Shown in pieces: positions 1 through 13,605 of a stretch of 64,000 nt of DNA. This DNA is from Octopus vulgaris (lineage: Eukaryota). Made by a program: the position numbers and the translations under genes. The stretch lies in assembly GCA_951406725.2 (NCBI GenBank), contig OX597821.1, forward strand, positions 70,494,001-70,558,000, given 5' to 3'. Position 1 is the first letter of the stretch. Each line of letters opens with the position of its first letter. Under the pieces are notes generated by a model, which saw only the letters and a program-made list of their open reading frames with translations, was not told the origin of the DNA and ran no database searches.

Positions 1-48
1 TACATACATACGTTCATAATGGTGCGCGTGTGTGTACGCGAGTGCAAT

Positions 49-248
49 TTGTCTGTCTCCTGCATCGCTTGACAACCGGTGTTGGCGTGTTTATGTCCCC
101 GTAATCTAACGGTTCGGCATTAGAGACGGATAGGATAAGTACCATGCTTTAAAGAATAAGTACTAGGGTCGACTCGTTCCATCAAAATTCGTCATACTAC
201 GCTCCAGCATGGCCGTGGTCTAACGGCTGAAACTAGAAAAGAAAAGAT
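49..248 (+). mobile_element. tRNA-derived SINE family 1 (octopus-type), 3' half
   Basis: Matches the 3' half of the complete copy at 31231-31625 (gcttgacaaccg...ggttcggca...ataagtac...ccagcatggccg...tgaaac). Confidence 0.8.
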
Positions 249-256
249 AGATATAC

Positions 257-491
257 TTTTACTTGTTTGAGTCATTTGACTGCGGCCATGCTGGAGCACC
301 GCATTTAGTCGTATTAATCGACACCAAGACTTAATCTTTGTAAGCCTAGCACTTATTCAATCGGTCTCTATTGCCGAACCGTTAAGTTACTGTGACGTAA
401 ACACACCAACATCTGTTGTCATGCGATGGTGGGGCTACAAACACAGACACAGACACAGACACACACAGACACACACAGACACACAGACACA

Positions 492-577
<86 letters not shown>

Positions 578-960
578 ACACAACTCTTTCGAACGAGCAA
601 CACTGACTCCACGGCCCCACACTTTGAAATAACTAAGCATGAACTGCTATTGGAACTTACATACCATGTACAGGAAACTTATTTACCACTTCTACACACC
701 ACTTTCTACGAATAATGGAACTGAAACTACATTCTACTTTCATTTTCTTATTTCCGTCTATATTCTCTATCTCCTCCTTTTCCACAATAATTCGAACTCA
801 AATATTTTCTCACACCGTCTCTTATGAAGGGATATCCATAATATCCAAGAAACAGCTGTACCTTATAAACATCCCGAAAACTCCTCACAGCCTTGGGCAT
901 TGTTATCTCATTCTGTATAATACATACATACATACATACATACATACATACATACATACA

Positions 961-993
<33 letters not shown>

Positions 994-994
994 G

Positions 995-1057
<63 letters not shown>

Positions 1058-1206
1058 ACGACTGGCTTCTTTCAGTTTACGTCTACCAAATCAACTCACA
1101 AGGCTTTGGTCGGTCCGAGGTTAAGGTAGAAGACACTTGCCCAAGGTGCCGCGGAACGGGATTGAATCCGGAACCATGCAGTTGGTAAGTAAGCTACTTA
1201 CCACAA
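257..1206 (-). mobile_element. SINE family 1 copy (tail 257-445, tRNA head 1058-1206) split by an insertion in its internal microsatellite
   Basis: Both halves are reverse complements of the 31231-31625 copy; 575-918 is foreign sequence between (TA)n and (TACA)n tracts. Confidence 0.75.
815..866 (+). ncRNA. Degenerate minimal hammerhead-like motif
   Basis: CTTATGA-ag-GGATAT-ccata-ATATCC-aa-GAAA-CAGCTG-TA: stem II and palindromic stem III (ACAGCTGT) present; G5 mutated and stem I unpaired. Confidence 0.5.
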
Positions 1207-1214
1207 ATCCTTCT

Positions 1215-1990
1215 ATATGTTGGATTACGACTTCCTACGACTTCTGTCGTCTCAACCAATATGCTAATATTTACAAGAGTTCGGCTAGTCCATTCTTCCA
1301 ATTCCACAGGGATGTCAATGCTTCTCGCCATAACAATATATAGATGCCCTTGTCCGGGAACGATCTGTGGACTGTGCCTCTGCTCTTTCTCCTCGTAATC
1401 GCCCCACACTTACCCGTCTCCTGTTTCCCCACAACCCTACCCGTCCAACCCACCATTCTCCGAGCCATCCGGCGACTCCAGTCCGATCCTTCCATCTCGT
1501 ACATCTTCCCTAACCTAACCCTTCCTTCCTTCAAATGAGTCCATAATCTGCGTGGCCTCCTGGCCCAGTTTCTTCCCTACTTCTGCCTCTCAGTCTGACT
1601 CCTTCCCCTGCTCTCGCCTACGCTGTCGCACCTGCCCCTACTTCTCCAACACCACCATCCTCACTGGAACCCATCACCATCCCAATCGTGTCATCGATTC
1701 CTTTACCTGCATCTCCAATAATGTTACTGCATCTCCTGCTCTCTATCCTTCCCTATACATTGGTTAAATTGGACGCCACTTGGCTGACTGGTTTGTGGAG
1801 CATCTACGATATATTGGACTCGGCAATAACACCCCGGTCTGTCACCAACTTCCGCTCTACCGGCCATACGCTATATCTCTGTATTCGGACTGTCTCTGCA
1901 CAGGAGACACCCAGACTTCTGCCTTCACCGTGAAGAAGAAATAATCTTCTCTCTTCGTTCCATTGCACCATATGGGCTCAACCCACTACC
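1215..1990 (+). pseudogene. Penelope-like retroelement 3' ORF fragment (linker, Cys motif, GIY-YIG endonuclease), disrupted
   Basis: Across frames: LQSDPSISYIFP...SFK*VHNLR, PCSRLRCRTCPY...FTCISNNV, LYIG*IGRHLADWFVEHLR, REEEIIFSLRSIAPYGLN; typical of PLEs with a C-terminal GIY-YIG (Neptune-like). Confidence 0.8.
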
Positions 1991-2719
1991 TCTCTTCATC
2001 TGACACCAATCCTACATGGGTTCCCTCACAACTCCCATATTCAACTGCTTCCCCTCCACCTACACATCTGCATTCCGCCTATCTCGATACCCTCACCACA
2101 CACACATCTATACAAACACCTATATACACTGTTCAACTCATTACTCACTTCTCACACACACACAAACACATTCCCACTCCACATACACTAGCACCGAACA
2201 CATCTCAGTACCACACCACACACCATTATCCACACACCCACACACAATCTTCAATAGCGTCACCACACATACCCCTATACGAGCAGCCACACACACTGTT
2301 TAACTCAGTACACACACGGCACACCATCATGCATACTCTCACACCCACACAAGCGCATAATACCTGAACCCAGGCAATACATGCGCATACGCAACACGTA
2401 TAGGCTCAGATAACTTTTGCAGACAAACATACACTATACCCATGCACACCATTTGGTCACACACACATATACACGTGCACACATCAACTGCTACGCATAA
2501 CACCCGCACACACACACGTTAGCCTCACACATTTACATACGTTCATACACACACTCACACATATGCACCTGTCCATACGCGCGCACACACACTCGCCCCC
2601 ATTCACACATACACATTCACGCACACCATTCTCACACACGTGCTTGTGCACCTTAGTTTGTTGGGGTTACCATTACCGTTATTATTATTATTATTGCTAT
2701 TATTTTTGTTATTATTATT

Positions 2720-2810
<91 letters not shown>

Positions 2811-2869
2811 CTCCCTCTCATTCAGCCTCTTTTTTTCCAGCCATCTCACCATGTTGAACTCTATGGAAC

Positions 2870-3138
<269 letters not shown>

Positions 3139-3286
3139 ATTAGGGGATAAATCCAAACTTACAGGGAAAAATCAGATTTAGGATTAAATCCAATTTTATA
3201 GTATAAATATATTATATTATATTATATTAAATTAGAGATAAAACCACTATTAGGCAAATCAAACAATGAAAAACATAAGCCAATAC

Positions 3287-3319
<33 letters not shown>

Positions 3320-3324
<5 letters not shown>

Positions 3325-3775
3325 AAGGGGAGTGAAAGCGTTTGAAGAAGCCAAGATAAAGCATGCAAGATTCAAAAGAGATTTAAGGAAGAACATTACG
3401 ATCGAGAATGTGAATGACAATTATCTTTTTGGGCGTACTGTTTGTGACAGACCATACCTTTCTTTTACTGGGCTCAAATCTCATCTGCGAACCCATGGAA
3501 AACGAACTTGCACCAACTATTCTGCCTATGTGTCTGTGCACCCTTTTGTATGCCAGAAGGTTTGCAAATCTAACGAAGGCCTCAAAAGACATTTTAAGAT
3601 CCACAAAGATCAGAACTTATCTGCAGCTCTTGGTGGTCCAAATCGGATTTGCAATCTATGTGAGTGTCTTTTCAGAACATTGTCTGGTTTTAAAATCCAC
3701 ATCAGATGGTGCTAAGGTCTAGGTACAGGAAGTGGTCAAACTCTGGATAAGGAGGAAACAACCACCATAAGTATG
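3320..3775 (+). mobile_element. RTE-clade LINE 3' end with C2H2-like zinc fingers
   Basis: RRGVKAFEEAKIKHARFKRDLRK...CDRPYLSFTGLKSHLRTH...CQKVCKSNEGLKRHFKIH...CNLCECLFRTLSGFKIH resembles an RTE ORF2 C-terminus; 5'-truncated at (TA)n. Confidence 0.65.
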
Positions 3776-4413
3776 TAATTTTAATAATTCTAGAGGGGAA
3801 TTTATAGATATTTAATATCACATGACTTTAACATCAGAGTCCGTATCTTTGTGATTAGTACAGTATAGTCCGTATTATCCGTGGCCATCCGGTTGATCAT
3901 CATCATCGGTTCATCAGGCGATACTGTATTATTGGATGAATCACAGAAGGATGTTTATTCCTTGTTGCCAGTATGAAGGCCAATCTTGCTCTGTGGGTAT
4001 TTCTGTATATACTTAGCAGGGGGAGGTAGGTGTTGGGCATAGTGGAAGAAATGGTAGTAATATGAGGACGGAGGTGTGTGTGGTGGTGTTGGATCTATTT
4101 ACTGTTCATTCTACAAATTTTAAAGATGGAAGCCCATTTCTTTGTTCTATTTCATTCAAGACGTTACTCTCCTCAATAAATTCTGAACCCCAACATGCGG
4201 TCAGCTGCTACACAGTGAGGTTCGCTGACCAAATTGATAAATACCCACCTCCCTTATGGTGACCACTTCACTGTTTCAGTTGTTACAGTGTGCATTATCT
4301 TAAACATTGGTATTTTTTATTTATTTGTTTGAGTTCTTTCGCTGTTCTAAAATTTGTTACTTCGTTTCAAAATATTTCTTTCAAATTCCATGAATGATAT
4401 TTTGTTCTTATGC

Positions 4414-4463
<50 letters not shown>

Positions 4464-4489
4464 ACACAGAGATATATATATACATATAC

Positions 4490-4544
<55 letters not shown>

Positions 4545-5647
4545 TGCGTGTGTATTTATGTATGTATGTATATATTACTAGGGTGTTAGAACACTTACAC
4601 TGTCGTATTTAGTGACAATTATAGTTTTCCTTTCTGGTAACAGATTGCACACGACTCTCTATATTAATTTCATATGCATATATATATATATATATACATA
4701 CATACATACATACATACATACACACACACATATAAGTGTGTGTGCGTGTTTGTAAATACACGTATATTTATATATATATGTATACATGCATGCATATATG
4801 CGCAGTTTAATTCACAAGTCTTAGATGATTCGAGGCTATGTAGATTAGAAGATTTGGCCAAAGTGGCGCATAGAGAAATTGAACCTAGTACCATGGAAAT
4901 GCGAATCGATCTATGTTATGTCTCCACAATTCTTTCCTTCGGTTCTTCTACTGATTTATTTATTTATTTATTTATACAGAAATTCTTTTGTTTGTGTTTG
5001 TTTTATTTTATTGTGTACAGTCTACAACAAACAAAAAGTCTCGCAAAGCAAATCATGCCAGGTCACTCCGTAGCCTTTCAAATGATTCCTTGACAACAGA
5101 TATCCTCTCATCTTCAAGTGAAGGTCGCGTATTTCAAAGACTGTTAGGGAAGACTTTTAGTTTCATTCTAAATATTTAATCAAAAGAATTATCGCATTTA
5201 AACTGAACGGATTATTTTGAAGGCGTAAGTTTTGCATAGAATCTTGTATTGTGCCCGTAGCACTGTTAACGTTGCGATAACAGAACTGAACAATCTCCCG
5301 TTTTTGTGCTTAAATCTGTATTAACCTTTAAGATAGGAATCCCACACTCAAACATCGTATAATATATTTCCATAGATGCTTCAATAAAGACCTTTAACAT
5401 AGGCACAAAAAGTCAGACAGTTTGGAAGAGGACATGGAATTAATTATGTCAACTTCAGTACTTGACTGGCGCTTGTTGTATTCTTTATCCTCGGGAGATG
5501 AAAGGTGATTCGAGCTGAAAACGTAAAAGACGTAGTTGACTAATGCAAAAGACGGCGTCCGACGACAACTGAGTCCGATAATCCACTGCCTCAAGGCAAA
5601 TTACAGCATCAGCAACAACAATAAAGTTATTAATACTAATGATCATA

Positions 5648-5859
5648 ATCCTTTCTAATATAGATAGACGGCTTGAAGTTTGGAGGTGGGAGATCAGTGG
5701 CTTACATCGACCCCAGTCGACTAGTACTTATTTTGTCGACCCCGAAAGGATGAAAGGCAAAGTCGACCTCGGCGGAATTTGAACTCAGAACATAAAGACA
5801 GATGAAATACCGCTAAGCATTTCGCCTGGCGTGCTAACGATTCTGCCAGCTAGCCGCCT

Positions 5860-5954
<95 letters not shown>

Positions 5955-6408
5955 CCTTTCTATTGGAGAAACAAGGCCTCAAATTTGAGGGGAGGAGGTC
6001 CAGTCGATTACATCGACCCCAGTGTTTCACTGGTACTTAATTTATCGACCCCAAAAGGATGAAAAGCAAAGTCGACCCTAGCGGAATTTGAAATCAGAAC
6101 GTAGCGACGGGCGAAATACCGTAAAGCATTTCGTCCAACGTGCTAACGATTCTGCCAGCTCACCGCCTTCTGTAATAATAATAATGATGATAATAATCCT
6201 TTCTAGTATACGCACAGGACTTGAAATTTGGAAGGAGGGGACTAGTCGATTAGATCAACCCCAGTACGCAACTGGTACTTAATTTATCGACTCCGAAAGG
6301 ATGAAAGACAAAGTCGGCCTCGACAGAGTTTGAAGTCGGACAGTGAAGACGGGCGAAGTACTGCTAAGCATTTTGCTCAGCGTGCTAATGATTCTGTCAG
6401 CTCACCTT
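5648..6408 (-). mobile_element. Three tandem copies of SINE family 2 (about 5648-5858, 5953-6168, 6196-6408) separated by (AAT)n
   Basis: Shared core cgaccccgaaaggatgaaaggcaaagtcgacctcggcggaatttgaactcagaac...gctaacgattctgccagct; the reverse complement has a tRNA-like B box and a MetaSINE/Sauria-like GCCTTTCATCCTTTCGGGGTCGATAAA segment. Confidence 0.8.
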
Positions 6409-6413
6409 CTTAC

Positions 6414-6459
<46 letters not shown>

Positions 6460-6461
<2 letters not shown>

Positions 6462-7015
6462 GCGTTAATGCAGTACTAGGCAGTGGCTCTCATGACTTCT
6501 GATCTTAACTGATTGGAAGTGTTATCATGTTCATTGTTTTGTCTTGGTATAAAAGATGGGCTACAGCAAATATTCTGCTCAATACCACAAATTTGCTTGT
6601 CAGTTGTTTTACCTTAACCAGTTGAGCATGTCCCTTAGTGGCTGACGATATGTGCATCTCTGATCACGAGCAGAAGTAGTGGGGGAGCATCATAGCCATG
6701 TGTTTAGAGGGATTCTTTGGGGTTTGAATAATTCACCTTTGGAAACATGGATGGTTTCTTCAACATCCTTAAACAACCCTTATTCAGGGACCCTTTGAGC
6801 GGGATGGGCTACTCAACCTGAAGAAAATTCTAACTGGGCCCCACCTGCAAGGTCATGTGCTGTTTATCTTGATATGAGATCACCATGTCGTGCACATATT
6901 GTTGTGATGCATGTGCCTGGTGTACCCTTATCAGACGGGTAGTCATGATGGGTATATTGGGCTTCGTATATTTTACCCCAGTGTCACTTTGATGGCATGA
7001 ACTGCTCTCTCACTC
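6460..7015. repeat. ~560-bp interspersed repeat within (AAT)n, copy 1
   Basis: Closely similar to 7087-7631 and 62283-62705; no long ORF. Confidence 0.85.
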
Positions 7016-7086
<71 letters not shown>

Positions 7087-7088
<2 letters not shown>

Positions 7089-7631
7089 GCGTTAATTCAG
7101 TGGCTCTCATGGCTTCTGATCTTAACTGATTGGAAGTGTTATCATGTATATTGTTTTGTCTTGGTATAAAAGATGGGCTACAGCAAATATTCTGCTCAAT
7201 ACCACAGATTTGCTTGTCAGTTGTTTGACCTTAACCAGTTGAGCATGACCCTTAGTGGCTGACGATATGTGCATCTCTGATCACGAGCAGTAGTGGGGGA
7301 GCATCATAGCCATGTGTTGAGAGGAATTCTTTGGAGTTTGAATAATTCAACCCTGGTAACATGGGTGTTTCGTTCATCATCCTTAAACAAACCTTATTCA
7401 GGGACCTTTTGGGCGAGATGAGCAGCTCGACCCGAGGAAGATTCTAACTGGGCCCCACCTGTAAGGTCATGCGCTGTTTATCTTGATATGGGATCATGAT
7501 GTCACGCACATATGGTTATGATGCATGTGCTTAGTGTACCCTTATCAGACGAGTAGTCATGATGGGTATACTGAGCTTCGTATATTTGTACCCCAGTCTC
7601 CCTTTGATGGCATGCACTGCTCTCTCACTCA
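7087..7631. repeat. ~560-bp interspersed repeat within (AAT)n, copy 2
   Basis: Direct repeat of 6460-7015 with scattered substitutions. Confidence 0.85.
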
Positions 7632-8199
7632 ATAATAATAATGGTTTCTAATTTTGGAACAACGTAATTTAGACGAGAGGGGTTTAGTTAATACCATCGT
7701 CCCCAATACTTTACTGGTACTTCTCTACACTGGATGATTGAAAGGCAAAGCTAACTTTCAAAGGATTTGAACTAAGATGTAAAGATTCAGAACGATTCTG
7801 ACAAGATATATTCACGTCTCAAAAAGGAAAGAGTGATTGCAAAAATGATCCAAGAAAATGTGGTGATATTGAAAGACGGGAAAAGTGAACATAAAACAAA
7901 ATGAGAAGGCATCGAAGATGTTGACAACGATTTAATTTATTTAATTTATTTAATAATTACTCAAAATAATTCATTAAATAAATGTATGCATAAACATACA
8001 ATATGTATGGTTATGTATTTATTTACTTATCATAATGAGAGATTCGTGTTTCGTTTTGTGGAGTTTTTATTTTTCTTAGGAAGGGGTCGTTTGATTTTAC
8101 TCTTTCCACTGCTCTACATTCCCAGCTATGCTTGTCCATTTCTACACCTGCAAGACGATACTCATCTTCAATTTTCTCTTCATCATTGCAAGACGATGT

Positions 8200-8800
8200 G
8201 GCTTTGCAAGTTATGATGGAAGAAGCCCCTGATCATCGATTTCTGAGACTGAGAATGAAGCGATCCCTTCATCGGTTTTTGGAGCCTCGACCAGTGGTGC
8301 TTTGAGAACAGCAACGCAATGGCCAACCAATATTCTTTGTTTTTGAAATTCTCTTCATATTTTTCCCCAATATAAGTACTTCCAGCGGCCCTTATGGCTA
8401 GAGGCGTAGCAACTGGGCGCCGCACCATCAGTTTCACTGATTTTCTTTCTGAGTACAATTTCGGGACAGCCCTGTTACTTTCGAAAGTGATTGGAGCTTT
8501 TATGCTCATACAGACCCCACCTGACCACACATTTTTAGTCAGTTTGTCGTCTACCATCTACCTGTATGATGTCACAAACGTAAAAACCAGGTAAGAGCCA
8601 TAGTCACCGCAAACATGGCACCAGCCTATCAGAAGGTGAAAGACATATCTAATCAGCTTGCTTTCTTTCTCTTCATTCAGATAAAGATCACAGCCATATT
8701 GTTTGTGACTAACCCAGACCGATAGATGCGATGTCCATTTACAAATCGTCCAGTTGTTGCCTTGAGAGCACGAAGAAGTCTTCTATGCTTCACAGAGGTC
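8200..8800 (-). pseudogene. Possible degenerate pogo/Fot1-like transposase N-terminal region
   Basis: EEKESKLIRYVFHLLIGW (CENP-B-type HTH-like) and KLMVRRPVATPLAIRAAGSTYIGEKYEENF resemble the pogo-family LSLRxPExTSLARAxGF...FFxNL motif; stops present. Confidence 0.4.
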
Positions 8801-9101
8801 TTTGCTCATAATTCGAAAACCACTTTTGGCAAGATAGCGATTTCGCTGGTTATATTATATCACTTTCTGATGAGTGACTCGTGTTTCATTCCTGTAAAGT
8901 TAGCACGGATATACCAAACAATCGCTTACAGTCTCGTTTATGCTTCTCAAAGCAACACTTCGCTCAGTATGGCTTTTTTTTTACTTCGTCAGACAAAATG
9001 TATGCGTGTGAGTATGTGTGTGCGTGTGACAGAGGGAGGGAGAAAGGGGGTGAGTGTGTGGGGGTGTAATACATATTTATATATAAACTTATATACAGTA
9101 T

Positions 9102-9761
9102 AGATATTGTTGTATTTAGGAATAGTCATTTTGCCAGTTTAGCCAATAAAAACACACGCACTATATATTTGGTGTTACTTTGCATCAGAGTTATTTATTT
9201 TTTACATTAATCTTAATCTTATTTCGGCCAGAGTTCTTTCGTCACACTCCTGTGACAGCATCAGTGGTCCTTTGCTTTCTTCTTTCTTATTTGTGTGTCT
9301 CTCCTTACTAACGCTCAGCCATTTTGTACTTTGAATTCCTATTGTATGTGTCTTCATTTGCGCATGCGTGTATCTCTACTACTACTACTACAAAAACAAA
9401 AACAAATTACACGAACGTATATAAACAGGAGATACAAATATTACAGGCACTTCCCCCCACACACTAACTAAACATAGACGCACATAGAGGCATACGCATG
9501 CGCAAATAAAGACACATACAATAGGAATACAAAATACAAAAAGGCTAAACGTTAGTAAGGAGCGACACACAAATAAGAAAGAAGAAAGCAAAGGACCACT
9601 GATGCGGTCACAGGAGTGTGACGAAAGAACTCTGGCCGAAATAAGATTAAGATTAATGTAAAAAATAAATAACGCTGATGCAAAGTAATACCAAATATAT
9701 AGTGCGTGTGTTTTTATTGGCTAAACTGGCAAAATGACCATTCCTAAATACAACAATATCT
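9102..9761. repeat. Long inverted repeat (~275-bp arms), each arm with a hammerhead-like motif (9226-9270 minus; 9593-9637 plus)
   Basis: Arms 9102-~9378 and ~9486-9761 are reverse complements; motif ggacca-CTGATGC-g-GTCAC-aggagt-GTGAC-GAAA-GAAC-TC-tggcc. Confidence 0.85.
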
Positions 9762-9835
9762 GTTTCAGCACACGATTTCACATCAAAAATCTTGCAAAAC
9801 AAATATATAAACGTTACAGTATAGATAGTTATGCA

Positions 9836-10018
<183 letters not shown>

Positions 10019-10380
10019 GTGTGTGCGTATATATGGGTATGTGCACACGCACACAGGCACACACACACACACATATGTATACATGCGTACGTGTACATAT
10101 ATATACACACATACATACACACGCACATATATATATATTCGATACATGCACTGAAACATATGCATTATATAAATAAAATCTAATAATTATTAAAACCAAA
10201 TGCAATGTGTTTACGATGTTGCTCGTCCAACTAACGAAGGTAAATAAATGAACAAATAAATAAATAAATAAATATGATACAAAAAACTAATTTAAGACTA
10301 AAATTCAGTCATAAGGTTTACAATTGTGATAATTAAAAAAAATCAAAGCATTATCGACAGCAACAGCAATTATAATGACC

Positions 10381-10455
<75 letters not shown>

Positions 10456-10620
10456 TGGTGATGGTGGTGGTGGTGGTGGTGGTGGTGGTGGTGGTGGTGG
10501 TGATTGTGATGGTGGCTAATAATAATAATAATAATCACTAGTAGAAGCTTCTCCCGCAGCGCTAGTCATCTGTTTCCTTCTGCATAAGAATTTTATTGCT
10601 TCACCACCACCACCACCACC

Positions 10621-10694
<74 letters not shown>

Positions 10695-11335
10695 AAGTGA
10701 GATACAACTGCTCTTTCTAGAAACAATTGTGTACGGTGTCTCTCGGTGTATTGCGAGGAGAGAGGAGGCGGCATATTTCGACCTCTCTCTCTCTCTCTTA
10801 TGTTTTGTGTTCGATGTACAAATAGTTTAATTATTATACACCAATGATTTTACGCTCCACCGCTTTCATTCATTGACGTAATCGGTGAGGTTTAGTATCT
10901 TTTCTCCCCACCTCTTTCTCTCTCGGTCGGTTACTCATTTTCTCATACTCCACGTCTCTCTCTTTCTCTCTCCCTCATATTATTCTTCTCTTAGACAATC
11001 ATAGTTTGACCTCCGGTCTTTTACCGTTTTTATTGAAATCAAATGCGTATTCTCCCCCATCTCTCTTTCTTTCTCTCTCTCTCTCTCTGTCTCATCTGTC
11101 TTACTCTTTCTCTCTCATTTTCCATTCTGTCTTTATCTCAGTTTCTGTGTCTTTCTTCATCTTCGTCTTACCCAGTCAATTCTTTGTCCTAGGTCAACTA
11201 AACTCGAGATATTTGTGAAGACACAATTGCTCTGTCACGCTTTATTGGTTCTAGACTCACTTCAAAATATTAAATTGAATAGACATACTTCGACGGTAGG
11301 AGGGTGAGGGAAGTGGAAATTACAGCCTCGTTACC

Positions 11336-11382
<47 letters not shown>

Positions 11383-11715
11383 CTGCTGCTGGTGGTGCCT
11401 TTGGTGCTCGTGCTGGTGGTGCTGGTGGTCCTCGTCGTAGTATTGAGTTGAGAATAGCGAATGATTTTAGTGAAAATAAAGGACTATGCAGGTACAGGTT
11501 TTTCTTCTGATGGAATGGTGTTTTCAATGATGATGATGTCTGTATTTATGGTTGCATTAGTGGAGGAAGCTGTGATAGATAGATAGATAATGAATAGACA
11601 GACGGATACAGACAGACAGACAGACGGATACAGACAGACAGACAGACGGATACAGACAGACAGACAGACGGATACAGACAGACAGACAGACGGATACAGA
11701 CAGACAGACAGACAA

Positions 11716-11781
<66 letters not shown>

Positions 11782-11900
11782 GGATAGATAATTCAGGAAC
11801 TGGAGAAGTTCAATATATCCCAATGACTGGCTGTTTCATCATCTGAGTTTCCAGTCTGTCGCATGTGTGTGTATATGTGTATGCATACATATGTATGCAC

Positions 11901-11949
<49 letters not shown>

Positions 11950-11950
<1 letters not shown>

Positions 11951-13173
11951 GAGGGGCGTTCATTAAGTAATGCCCCTGACCCACTTCCCAGAGCAGTAGA
12001 GCAACGAAACTTGGCACAGTTATTAGTCTTTTTCTACATAGGAAACACCCAGAGTTACGCATTTCTCCCATCGTTTGATGCAGCTCTGGAGACCGTTTTT
12101 GTAGAAGACCCCAGCTTGGTCCTCCAACCCCGACGTGACTTCAGAAATCAAGGCTGCATCATCTGGGAAACGCTTTCCTTTCAAAGACAACTTCATGGCT
12201 AGGAAGAGGTGAAAATCAGAGGGTGCAAGGTCAGGAGAGTAGGGGGATGGGGGAGGAGTTCATAGCCGCACGCCTGTGCTTCTGATCTGGTGACACGCGA
12301 GTTATGGACCGGATCGTTGTCCTGCAGGAGGAGGATGCCTTTGCTGATCTTGCCCCGCCTCTTGATTTTGATAGCTTCTCTTAATTTCCTCAAAAGTGAA
12401 GCATAATAGGCTCCTGTAATTGTGGTACCCTTTGCCAGGAAATATGTCATCACTACTCCGTCCTGGTCGCAGAAGACTGTGAGCGTGACCTTGCCAGCGG
12501 AGGGCTGCACCCTTGCCTTCTTTGGAGGAGGTGAGTCACGATGCTTCCACTGCATTGACTGGGCTTTGGTCTCTGTATCATAGTGATGGACCCAGGTTTC
12601 ATCCTGTGTAATCAGTCTTTTGAAAAACTTTGACTCATCTTCTTGGCACATCTCCAAATTCATCCTCGAGCACTCGGCGCATTCTTCATGAATGATAGTT
12701 TCCACAGACCCGGTACTAATCTTGACCTCATGGGCTATTTGGCGAATAGTTATGCGTCAATCTTCCAAAATAGCAGCCTCAACTTGATGGACGGATGCCT
12801 CATCAATGGCAGAAGGGGGCGACCAGATCTGGGAGTTGTTTCCCAAGAGTTCCGACCATGTTCGAATTCACAATGCCAGCGTTTTACAAGGTCATATGAT
12901 GGGGCATCATCACCATAAGTTACTTTCATTTCATCAAAAGTCTCCCGTGGTGTGCGTCCTTTCAAATACAAAACCCGGATCACTGCTCGACACTCAACAT
13001 GCTCCATTTCACACTTGACTCAGTTCAAACATCTGTAAATCAGAAACCACAATTAGTTCAGAGCTGTAATTTGCCACTTAATCTATAGATATATAAATAA
13101 TTGCACATGCAAAATTTCAGCTAGATCAAACAACTGCAAGTGGGTCAGAGGCATTACTTATTAAACGTCCCTC

Positions 13174-13174
<1 letters not shown>
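11950..13174 (-). mobile_element. Full-length mariner transposon with frameshifted transposase
   Basis: TIRs cgaggggcgttcattaagtaatgcccctgacccactt / aagtgggtcagaggcattacttattaaacgtccctcg flanked by TA; ORFs 12750-13007 (HTH, PRSGRP) and 12199-12705 (ITQDETWVHHY, LLQDNDPVH, HPP). Confidence 0.95.
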
Positions 13175-13214
<40 letters not shown>

Positions 13215-13605
13215 AACAACATATATCTACACGCACGCATACACACACTGATATCTGGAATTACTTCAACTCCCAGTCAACCTGTGACCAAGCTGGAGCA
13301 ATCCGCTCACATTTCGCCATATTCTAATAATCAGTTTTTCATTGATGACCGCGAATAGGAAACTATATCAGATACTGAGCTGATCAGAGCAGATATTGCA
13401 TTTCGATCTTCGCCAAAATCCTCATCAATTTGCGCAATATCATAAGCGGCTTGGGGAAAACGCGTACACTATTATTAAATCTTAAAAATACCGATGAACT
13501 TTCTTGAGTTTCTTATTAATATATTTACGTGGTTCTAATCCGGACAGTAACATCTGCATATATACAAGGCGCAGGAGCAGCTGTGTGGCAAGAAGCTTGC
13601 TTCCC

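Noticed and set aside
3895-3925. CTGATGA on the minus strand (similar cores at 6642, 37461, 44545 on the plus strand)
   Set aside because: No downstream hairpin-GAAA-NUH arrangement
11270-11527. Possible minus-strand Pro/His-rich exon with cag|gtaac donor at ~11335
   Set aside because: Made mostly of degenerate trinucleotide repeats; no recognisable domain or partner exons
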